Assembly: GCA_965198065.1 (NCBI GenBank)
Contig: CBDAON010000004.1
Coordinates: forward strand, 2,805,022-2,869,021
From: Longimicrobiales bacterium
GTDB taxonomy: Bacteria > Gemmatimonadota > Gemmatimonadetes > Longimicrobiales > Gaopeijiaceae
Direction: 5' to 3'
Length of the DNA: 64,000 bases
Below the pieces are notes generated by a model. That model was not told the origin of the DNA, searched no databases, and was given only the letters and a program-made list of their open reading frames with translations. Position 1 is the first letter of the stretch. Each line of letters starts with the position of its first letter. The position numbers and the translations under genes were made by a program. This document shows, piece after piece, positions 22,800 through 32,751 of this stretch.

Positions 22800-25700
22800 C
22801 TACCAGCCCACTGTGAGTCGGCCCACCAGGCTGTGGTCCGGCTTTTCCTGAAGCAGGCTCTCGCGGCGCTGGGCGTCGAGGCCGAACTGGAAGCTCATGG
22901 CGCCACCCTGCACGACAGCCAGGCTGTAGCCCAGCCGGTAGTCGCGCCCGTACTCGGAAGTCGTGACGCCGAACCTCGGGGTCCCCACCAGCCGACTCCC
23001 GACCGGCAGCGCGTAGCCGAGCTCGGCGTCGATGCGGTCGCCCGATCCCGGGCCTCCTGCCCCGAGCCCCTCCATCGTATCGCGGCCCCAGAGTGCGTCG
23101 GCACCGCTCATCGCCTGCCCGCCCCACGAGGGCGCGAGCCGCGCCGTGAAGCCCAGCGGCGTCGATGGCGTCGGGTCGTAGCTGAACGACACCGACACGC
23201 CCCGTTCCCTGAACCCTTCGTCCTGATGCACGAGCAGCGTCCGCACCCGCACGTCGACCGACAGTCCGGTCAGCGGGTCCGCTGCGATCAGGCTTGCGGC
23301 GATGTCCGCGCCCGCGCCCGTCTCCGCGTCCCCGCCGTCCTGCCTGAGCCCGACCTCGAGGCTCGGCTGCAGCGCGATGCCGTGTCCGAAGACGTAGCCC
23401 CTCGAGGCCTCGAGCGCTGTCCGCACACGCGTCACCACCGCTTCGGTCCCAGCCAGTCGGCCTGCCGGACCGTCCACGGCCTCGCTGCCCGTGCCCACCC
23501 ACAGCGCGTCCGCCTTGAACGCCAGCCCGAACCCGCCGACACCGGCATCCACCAGATCGCCCCTCACGCCCCCGGCGAGCATCGACATCGAGAGCCCGCC
23601 CTCGAGAGCGACGGGAGCCGCGAGAGACGTTGGTAGAGACAGTGCCTCACCGGGTGTCAGGCTCAACGAGCCCCTCCCGTATCCGGTCACGCCCCAGAGC
23701 GTGACCCGCTCGCTCAGCTTGTATCCCACCCAGGGGTGGAGCCCCGTGACCGACGAGGCCACCTGGCCCACGTCGGCCTCCTGGTAGCCGCCCAGGCCTC
23801 GGCGGTGCGAGAGCATCAGCCCCGCCATCAGCGGCCCCTTCGCGTAGTCCGCCCCGAACATCGTCGTGCGGACCCCGCCGTCGAGCGACAGCTCGCCGTC
23901 CCGGCCGCTGAACCGCGACTCCATCCCGCGGCTCCAGAGCGAGACGCTCGCGCCCCCGCCCGTCTCGCGGTTCAACACGAACCCCGAGCCCATCAGCAGG
24001 TCGCCGCCTCCGAGACCCGTCCGCAGTAGCTCGGCGCCGCTCAGATCGGACTGGACGCCCGTCGTATCCCGAGCGCCCGCGCCCGCCGTGGACTGAAGCC
24101 GGGTCAGGAAGTTCCGGCCCATATCGCGCTCCATCCCACGCCTGAGCTCACGCCCCGCGAACCGGCCCCGGAAGCCCGAGGCTCTGGACGCCTCCAGCCG
24201 CTCCTCCACCTGCTCCATCACGTGGAGCGCCGTCGCCCGCCCGAACCGCGCCAACAGCGCCCGCGGCAGCGGATCGGTGTTCTCGATCGTCCCGGTCGCT
24301 TCCGCGTCAGCCAGCCGGCCCTCCGACGGATTCGAGAGCCGGAGCGTCATCGTCTCCTCGCCCTCGTCGTGCGAATCGTCGAGCACCGCGACCTCGACCG
24401 TCTGCGACGACTCGCCCGCCCGGAACGTCAGCGTCCCGTTCGCGGCCGTGTAGTCGTCGCTCGCGTGCGCACTGCCGTCCGCCGTCTGGTAGTCCACCGT
24501 CACCTGCCCGGCAGCCGCGCGGCTCAAGGTGACCGCGAACTCGAGCACGGCGCCCGCGCCTTCCTCCACCCGCGCATCCGCCACGGAGATGCCCACTGGG
24601 CCGGCCACCGTCGCCGAGGGCGTCTCCGACAGCGCCCGGCCGTCCTTCGTGCAGACCGCCGCCGGGGTGCCGCAGGCCGCCCCGGCCGCGAGCGTCACCG
24701 TCACGTCCGACGGCGAATCCGGCTCGACCGTCAACTGCCACAGGTCCCGGCGCCGGTTCACCCGACTGGCCTTCGTCGCCCGGCCCCCGGCCACCGCCAC
24801 CACGTCCTCCCGCAACCGCCGGCCGTTCATCCAGCTGAGCGGCTCGCTGAACGCGATCCGCAGTGTGAACGCGCTCTCGCCGTCATGCGCCTCCGGCACG
24901 CCCACGAACGACGCCGTCAGGTCCGCCGAAACGGCCTCGGGGCCCGCCACCGTCGCCGTCGGCGTGTTGGCGAGCTGCCGCCGGTTGTCCCCCTTCGTGC
25001 AGATCGCACCCGAGACCCCGCACTCGCGCCCCGCCGGCAGCTCGATCGTCACGTCCCCGTCCGAATCCGGCTCGACCGTCATCTCGAACAGGTCGCGCCG
25101 GTCGTCCACCCGCCCTCCGCCCGTGACCCGCCCGCCCCTCACCGTGAACGCGTCCTCGCGGAGCGCCCGGAAGCTGATCCCGATGTCCTCGCTGAACGCC
25201 ACCCGGAAGGTGAACGGCGTCTCCCCGTCGTGCTCCGCCGGCATGCCCTGGAACGCAGCCGTCAGGTCCGGCCGTGCCGTCGTCTCGGTGTTCCGAATCG
25301 TGCCCACCGCCTCGTTGTCGTTTTTCGCGAAGTACGCGTTCCAGGCGTTGGTCAGCACCAGCGTGAACGTCTCCCCGTCGTCCTCCACCGCATCGTCCGT
25401 GATCGGCACCGACACCGTCTTCTCGTCCTCGCGCGGCGCGAAGACCAGCGTGCCGCTCGTCGACGTGTAGTCGGACGCCGCCGTCGCCGTGCCATCCCGC
25501 GTCCGGTACTGGACCGTCACCTTCCGCGACGTCTTCGGGTCGAGCCTCACCACGAAGTCCACCGTATTGTCCTCGCCCTCGGTCGCCTCCGCGTCCGCCA
25601 CCGACAGCGACACCGGTCTGTCGTCGTCGTCCTCGACCACGAGGACATCGGGAAGGATGAGGTCGTTGTACGCCGGGTCCCTGCTGTGCACCCGGCTCAG

Positions 25701-28700
25701 GAAGACGCGCTCGCCGTTCACCGCGTCGTCGTCGTGCTCCGCCAGGATTACCATCCAGATCGGCGTCTTCCACTCGTCCGGCGCGATCGGCAGCACCGTG
25801 TGGTTCGTCAAGACGTGCAGGTCCTCGTCGCCGTCGGACTGGATCCCACGCAGGTGGACCGTGTGCGTCGGCCGGGTGTCCAGCTTCAGCCCGTAGCGCC
25901 CCTTGGTGCCCTCGCGGATCACCAGCCGGTGCCTCCCGTCCGCATGCATCTCGAGCGGATCGCCGTCGGTATCGATGATCGTGACGCTACCCGGCTTCGC
26001 CGTCGTCCCGCCGTCGACCTTGTGGTCGGACTGCGGACCGAGCGCCCCGTGGGAGAGGTCCGCGTCGAGGCCCGTCGCGGCGCTGCGGATGCGCGCGCCG
26101 CCGAGCCGTATCGCGTTCGCGCCGACCGCCACGCCGTCGTCGTCGCGGTCCTCGGCCTTCACCGTGTAGCCGAAATGCACCTTGACCCCTTCCGGCCGGG
26201 GCCGAGGCGACGGACGGCCCTTTGCCCAGTCGGTGTCCGTCAGCCCGTAGAACCGGGCATCACGCGCCGTCCCGCCCAGGTCGAACGCCAGCGTCGGCTG
26301 CGGGTCGCCCTTCACCCGCACCTTCTCGGAGAAGGCCAGCGTGAACACGATCGTCTCGCCAAACCCGTACACGTCCTCATGCCCGTCCCGTTGCGGCCAG
26401 CTCCTCACCTCCAGCGATGAGATCGTGGGGGCCTCATTGGCGTTCGCGTCCGTCCTGCCACTGCCCGAGTCCGACCAGGCGCCCCTGCCCTCGTCGTTGG
26501 TCGCCCGCACCTGCACCTGGTAGGAGGTGTTCTCCGACAGGCCCGTGACCGTCGCCGCGGTGGCCGTCCCGTTGTGGCCCCCGTCGCTCCAGCTCCCGCT
26601 CGTGCCCGCCCGGTACTGGACGTCGTAGTCGGTGATCGCCGGGCCGCCGTTGGCCGGCGCCGACCAGTTCACCGTCAGGCTCGACACCGACGCCGGCGCC
26701 ACCGTCGGCGCGTCCGGCTTGCCCGGCGCCTCGCCGCCCACATCCGTCACCGTCACCGTGATCGTCTGTGTCGCCGTCTTCTCCCGCTCGCCCGCGCCGC
26801 TCGTCGCCGTCACCTCCACCACGTAGGTGTTGTTGCTGCCCTGGTCCTGGGCGTCCTCGAAGTTCGGCGCCGCGTCGAACGTCAGCGCCCCCGACGTCGC
26901 CCCGATCGAGAACAACGCCTGGTCCGCCCCGCCGGTGATCTCGTAGCCCGTGACGTCGTCGTCCGAATCGGAGTCCGTCGCCAGCACCGTGCCCGCCGTC
27001 GTCTGGTTCTCCGCCGCGTCGAACGCCGGAGGAGCTGAACGTCGGCGCCGCGTTCGCGGCCGCGGCGGTCGCGCCGGTTCCCGAGTCCGACCACGAGCCG
27101 GTCCCCTCGTCGTTCGTGGCCCGCACCTGCACCTGGTAGGAGGTGTTCTCCGAGAGGCCCGTCAGCGTCGCCGTGGTGGCGGTGCCGGTGTGGCCCCCGT
27201 CGCTCCAGCTCCCGCTCGTGCCCGCCCGGTACTGGACGTCGTAGTCGGTGATCGCCGGGCCGCCGTTGGCCGGCGCCGACCAGTTCACCGTCAGGCTCGA
27301 CACCGACGCCGGCGCCACCGTCGGCGCGTCCGGCTTGCCCGGCGCCTCGCCGCCCACATCCGTCACCGTCACCGTGATCGTCTGTGTCGCCGTCTTCACC
27401 CGCTCGCCCGTGCCGCTGGTCGCCTGTACCTCGACCACGTAGTCGTTGCCGGTGTCGGAGTCCTGGGCGTCCTCGAAGTTCGGCGCCGCGTCGAACGTCA
27501 GCGCCCCGGAGGTCGCACCGATCGAGAAAACGCCTGGTCCGCGCCGCCGGTGATCGCGTAGCCCGTCACGTCGTCGCCCGCGTCGCTGTCCGTCGCCAGC
27601 ACCGTGCCGGCCGTCGTCTGGTTCTCCGCCGCGCGAACGTCGCCGGTGAGCTGAACGTCGGCGCCGCGTTCGCGGCCGCGGCGGTCGCGCCGGTTCCCGA
27701 GTCCGACCACGTCGCCGGTGCCCTCGTCGTTCGTCGCCCGCACCTGCACCTGGTAGGAGGTGTTCTCCGAAAGGCCCGTGAGCGTCGCCGTGGTGGCGGT
27801 GCCGGTGTGGCCCCCGTCGCTCCAGTCCCCGCTCGTGCCCGCCCGGTACTGGACGTCGTAGTCGGTGATCGCCGGGCCGCCGTTGGCCGGCGCCGACCAG
27901 TTCACCGTCAGGCTCGACACCGACGCCGGCGCCACGTCCGGCGCGTCCGGCTTGCCCGGCGCCTCGCCGCCCACATCCGTCACCGTCACCGTGATCGTCT
28001 GCGTCGCCGTCTTCTCCCGCTCGCCCGCGCCGCTGGTCGCCTGCACCTCGACCACGTAGTCGTTGCCGGTGTCGGAGTCCTGGGCGTCCTCGAAGTTCGG
28101 CGCCGCGTCGAACGTCAGCGCCCCCGACGTCGCCCCGATCGAGAAGAGGTTCTGGTCCGCTCCGCCGGTGATCGCGTAGCCGGTGACGTCGTCGTCCGAA
28201 TCGGAGTCCGTCGCCAGCACCGTGCCGGCCGTCGTCTGGTTCTCCGCCGCGTCGAACGTCGCCGATGAACTGAACGCCGGCGCCGCGTTGGCGTCCGTCG
28301 CGCCGCTGCCCGAGTCCGACCAGTCGCCGGTGCCCTCGTCGTTCGTCGCCCGCACCTGCACCTGGTAGGAGGTGTTCTCCGACAGGCCCGTGAGCGTCGC
28401 CGTGGTGGCGGTGCCGGTGTGGCCCCCGTCGCTCCAGCTCCCGCTCGTGCCCGCCCGGTACTGGACGTCGTAGTCGGTGATCGCCGGGCCGCCGTTGGCC
28501 GGCGCCGACCAGTTCACCGTCAGGCTCGACACCGACGCCGGCGCCACGTCCGGCGCGTCCGGCTTGCCCGGCGCCTCGCCGCCCACATCCGTCACCGTCA
28601 CCGTGATCGTCTGCGTCGCCGTCTTCACCCGCTCGCCCGCGCCGCTGGTCGCCTGCACGTCGACCACGTAGTCGTTGCCGGTGTCGGAGTCCTGGGCGTC

Positions 28701-31329
28701 CTCGAAGTTCGGCGCCGTCGTTGAACGTCAGCGCCCCCGACGTCGCACCGATCGAGAAGAGGTTCTGGTCCGCTCCGCCGGTGATCGCGTAGCCCGTGAC
28801 GTCGTCGCCCGCGTCGCCGTCGGTCGCCAGCACCGTGCCGGCCGCCGTCTGGTTCTCCGCCGCGTCGAACGTCGCCGAAGAGCTGAACGCCGGCGCCGCG
28901 TTGGCGTCCGTCGCGCCGCTGCCCGAGTCCGACCACGCCGGTGCCCTCGTCGTTGGTGGCCCGCACCTGCACCTGGTAGGAGGTGTTCTCCGACAGGCCC
29001 GTCAGCGTCGCCGTGGTGGCGGTGCCGGTGTGGCCCCCGTCGCTCCAGCTCCCGCTCGTGCCCGCCCGGTACTGGACGTCGTAGTCGGTGATCGCCGGGC
29101 CGCCGTTGGCCGGCGCCGACCAGTTCACCGTCAGGCTCGACACCGACGCCGGCGCCACGTCCGGCGCGTCCGGCTTGCCCGGCGCCTCGCCAGCCACGTC
29201 GGTGACCGTCACCGTGATCGTCTGCGTCGCCGTCTTCTCCCGCTCGCCCGCGCCGCTGGTCGCCTGCACGTCGACCACGTAGTCGTTGCCGGTGTCGGAG
29301 TCCTGGGCGTCCTCGAAGTTCGGCGCCGCGTCGAACGTCAGCGCCCCGGAGGTCGCACCGATCGAGAAGAGGTTCTGGTCCGCTCCCGCCGGTGATCGCG
29401 TAGCCCGTGACGTCGTCGCCCGCGTCGCTGTCGGTCGCCAGCACCGTGCCGGCCGCCGTCTGGTTCTCCGCCGCGTCGAACGTCGCCGATGAGCTGAACG
29501 TCGGCGCCGCGTTGGCGTCCGTCGCGCCGCTGCCCGAGTCCGACCAGTCGCCCGTGCCCTCGTCGTTCGTCGCCCGCACCTGCACCTGGTAGGAGGTGTT
29601 CTCCGACAGGCCCGTGAGCGTCGCCGTGGTGGCGGTGCCGGTGTGGCCCCCGTCGCTCCAGTCCCCGCTCGTGCCCGCCCGGTACTGGACGTCGTAGTCG
29701 GTGATCGCCGGGCCGCCGTTGGCCGGCGCCGACCAGTTCACCGTCAGGCTCGACACCGACGCCGGCGCCACGTCCGGCGCGTCCGGCTTGCCCGGCGCCT
29801 CGCCGCCCACATCCGTCACCGTCACCGTGATCGTCTGCGTCGCCGTCTTCTCCCGCTCGCCCGCGCCGCTGGTCGCCTGCACGTCGACCACGTAGTCGTT
29901 GCCGGTGTCGGAGTCCTGGGCGTCCTCGAAGTTCGGCGCCGCGTCGAACGTCAGCGCCCCCGACGTCGCACCGATCGAGAAGAGGTTCTGGTCCGCTCCG
30001 CCGGTGATCGCGTAGCCCGTGACGTCGTCGTCCGAATCGGAGTCCGTCGCCAGCACCGTGCCGGCCGCCGTCTGGTTCTCCGCCGCGTCGAACGTCGCCG
30101 ATGAGCTGAACGCCGGCGCCGCGTTGGCGTCCGTCGCGCCGCTGCCCGAGTCCGACCAGTCGCCGGTGCCCTCGTCGTTGGTCGCCCGCACCTGCACCTG
30201 GTAGGACGTGTTCTCCGACAGACTCGACAGCGTCGCCGTGGTGGCGGTGCCGGTGTGGCCCCCGTCGCTCCAGCTCCCGCTCGTGCCCGCCCGGTACTGG
30301 ACGTCGTAGTCGGTGATCGCCGGGCCGCCGTTGGCCGGCGCCGACCAGTTCACCGTCAGGCTCGTCACCGACGCCGGCGCCACGTCCGGCGCGTCCGGCT
30401 TGCCCGGCGCCTCGCCAGCCACGTCGGTCACCGTCACCGTGATCGTCTGCGTCGCCGTCTTCTCCCGCTCGCCCGCGCCGCTGGTCGCCTGCACCGTCGA
30501 CCACGTAGTCGTTGCCGGTGTCGGAGTCTGGGCGTCCTCGAAGTTCGGCGCCGCGTCGAACGTCAGCGCCCCGGAGGTCGCACCGATCGAGAAGAGGTTC
30601 TGGTCCGCTCCCGCCGGTGATCGCGTAGCCCGTGACGTCGTCGTCCGAATCGGAGTCCGTCGCCAGCACCGTGCCGGCCGTCGTCTGGTTCTCCGCCGCG
30701 TCGAACGTCGCCGAAGAGCTGAACGCCGGCGCCGCGTTCGCGGCGGGCGTCACGATGCTCCCCGTCGGACACACCTGCGTCGCCGTGCGCAGGCACACCG
30801 TCGCCGTGCTCCCGACCGGAAACTCGGTCTCTAGATCGTCCAGTGCGTCCGGAGCGGTCCAAATCAAGCTCTGGCCGATGCTGATCGCAGTGATCAGATC
30901 CGAGAATGCGAGCGCGTGCCCGCCGAACTCCAGCGTCAGGGGTTCGGCTGTCGAAAGTCCGCCCGCGACGACGAATCTGACGACATTATTCGTCGCCACG
31001 TCGATGGCAAGGACCCTATAGGGCAAGGACCCGTAATCGAAATCGTCGTCGTCGAGCGCCCCGATCGCGGGCGTGTCGGTCGCGTCGTAGCCGTGCCCCA
31101 CCCGAGTTTCACCCGCCGTCATGGTCGCGGACCAGACCGGGTCGGTCGTCTGGGCTGCGGCGGGGAGGGCGAGCGCGCCGGAGAGCACGAGCAGCGCCGC
31201 GGCGAACAGCGGGCGGAGCGGACAAGCCCGCGCGCGCGGCGCAGTTATGGCGGTGGGCGCTCCGCACTCCGCTTTAACGACCGCATCCCGTCGCACGCCG
31301 CACCCGGCTATCCCCCTTCGACCGTTCAC
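22800..31329 (-). CDS. giant autotransporter adhesin (signal peptide, 7x cadherin+FN3, Calx-beta, beta-barrel), frameshifted as assembled
   Basis: Signal ...LALPAAAQ, repeated ATDSDSDDDVTGY/APNFEDAQD and PANGGPAITDYDVQYR units, two Calx-beta domains (VSVPITDDAVEDDGETF, VAVLDDSHDEGEETM), and a barrel ending in W. Confidence 0.85.
26434..30740 (-). repeat. seven near-identical ~612-bp tandem repeats (cadherin + FN3)
   Basis: The marker GGGCCGCCGTTGGCCGGCGCCGACCAG recurs at about 26641, 27257, 27874, 28486, 29097, 29710 and 30321. Confidence 0.95.
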
Positions 31330-31433
31330 TTGTCTCTTTCTCGAAAAAAGGCAGCCGCGCGAGGATGTCGGGCGCCCCGCTGATTCGGTTGCTTACCGAA
31401 CTTCCACGTGGACCTTCCCCACTCCTCGTGCTC

Positions 31434-31467
31434 GATAGCTCTCGATAACTGTAGTTATCGAGAGTAA
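31434..31467 (+). other. lox-like recombination site, left
   Basis: GATAGCTCTCGATAACTGTAGTTATCGAGAGTAA: arms CTCTCGATAA/TTATCGAGAG around an asymmetric CTGTAG spacer. Exact reverse complement of 32538-32571. Confidence 0.85.
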
Positions 31468-31503
31468 ACTTTTTGGCTGTATGTCATTGTGCAGGGGGCA
31501 CTT

Positions 31504-32490
31504 ATGCAGATTTCAGCCCCAGGAGGTGTGTCCGACCGTCCCGACCCGGCCACTCGAAAGTCACAAAACGGCGAGCGCCTGACCGCCTACCTGGAGGACG
31601 CCCGCGGCGCCCTGAGCGGCCATACCGTGCGAGCGGTGCGAGCGGACCTGGAACGGTTCGCGGCGTGGTGCGCCGAGCGGGGGCGTTCTCCGCTGCCCGC
31701 GCGCGCGGCCACGGTGGTGGCCTACGTCGAGGCGATGGCGAGCGAGCGAGCGCCGGCCACCGTGCGGCGCTACGTCTCGAGCGTCGCCACCGTGCACAAG
31801 GCGGCCGGGGAGCGGAGCCCGCTCGAGCACGTGACCGTGAGGCGGGCGCTGAAGCGGATGCACCGGCAGAGGGGGTGCCGGCAGAGGCAGGTGCGGGGGC
31901 TGACCTGGGCGCTCCGCCGGCGCCTGATGGAGGCCGCGGGCGACCGGGTGATCGACGTCAGGAACCGCGCGATCCTGGCCGTGGCCTACGACGCCATGCT
32001 CCGGCGCTCCGAGCTGGTCGCGCTGCAAGTCGTTGATGTGACGATAGAAAGGGGCGGCTCGGCCTCGCTCCTCGTGCGCCGCGCGAAGACCGATCCGGAG
32101 GGCGGCGGCGCGATGCTGTACCTGCACCGAGACAGCGTGAGGCTGCTCTCGGAGTGGCTGAGCGCGAGCGGGATCAGTGGCGGGCCGCTCTTCCGTTCGA
32201 TGCGCAAGGACGGCACGCTGGGCGGCCGGCTGCATGAGAGCCAGGTGCCGCGCATCTACAAGGCGATGGCCGAACGGGCCGGGCTCCCGGAGCAGATCGT
32301 GCGGCGGCTCTCCGGGCACAGCCCCCGCGTGGGCGCGGCTCAGGACATGATCGCCAAGGGGATCGGGATCCCGGCGATCATGCAGGCCGGGCGCTGGAAG
32401 AACGCCCAGATGGTGCAGCGCTACGGCGAGCGGCTGCTGGCCAAGCGCAACGGCGCCGCACAGCTGGCACGGCTTCAGAAACGCAGATGA
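31504..32490 (+). CDS. Cre-like tyrosine recombinase
   Basis: Cre-type N-domain (RFAAWCAERG...PATVRRY) and catalytic AMLRRSEL, AKTD, SGHSPRVGAAQD, GRWK...RY. Confidence 0.9.
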   Translation: MQISAPGGVSDRPDPATRKSQNGERLTAYLEDARGALSGHTVRAVRADLERFAAWCAERGRSPLPARAATVVAYVEAMASERAPATVRRYVSSVATVHKAAGERSPLEHVTVRRALKRMHRQRGCRQRQVRGLTWALRRRLMEAAGDRVIDVRNRAILAVAYDAMLRRSELVALQVVDVTIERGGSASLLVRRAKTDPEGGGAMLYLHRDSVRLLSEWLSASGISGGPLFRSMRKDGTLGGRLHESQVPRIYKAMAERAGLPEQIVRRLSGHSPRVGAAQDMIAKGIGIPAIMQAGRWKNAQMVQRYGERLLAKRNGAAQLARLQKRR

Positions 32491-32537
32491 GCCCCGAAGA
32501 ACCCGGGGGCCTCTCTGGTCACAAACTTTGCCGCGGG

Positions 32538-32571
32538 TTACTCTCGATAACTACAGTTATCGAGAGCTATC
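32538..32571 (-). other. lox-like recombination site, right (inverted)
   Basis: TTACTCTCGATAACTACAGTTATCGAGAGCTATC is the reverse complement of 31434-31467. Confidence 0.85.
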
Positions 32572-32751
32572 CGGAAAGCTACGCGCTATTTTGTGAGTGA
32601 GTTGTGACTTGTCGGGCGAGCGTCGTGGCCCTTTAGTGACTTCACGCGCGAAGAGCGCTATCCTCCACCCCCCGCGGTCCGGCGGAAGGCGGCCGGGCCG
32701 ATCGTCCGGAGCCTCGTCCGCTCCGCCTCACCCTTCGGCGGGAGTGGAGCA

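Noticed and set aside
26434..30740. CRISPR-like or other non-coding repeat array
   Set aside because: Units are ~612 bp, protein-coding, and have no unique spacers.
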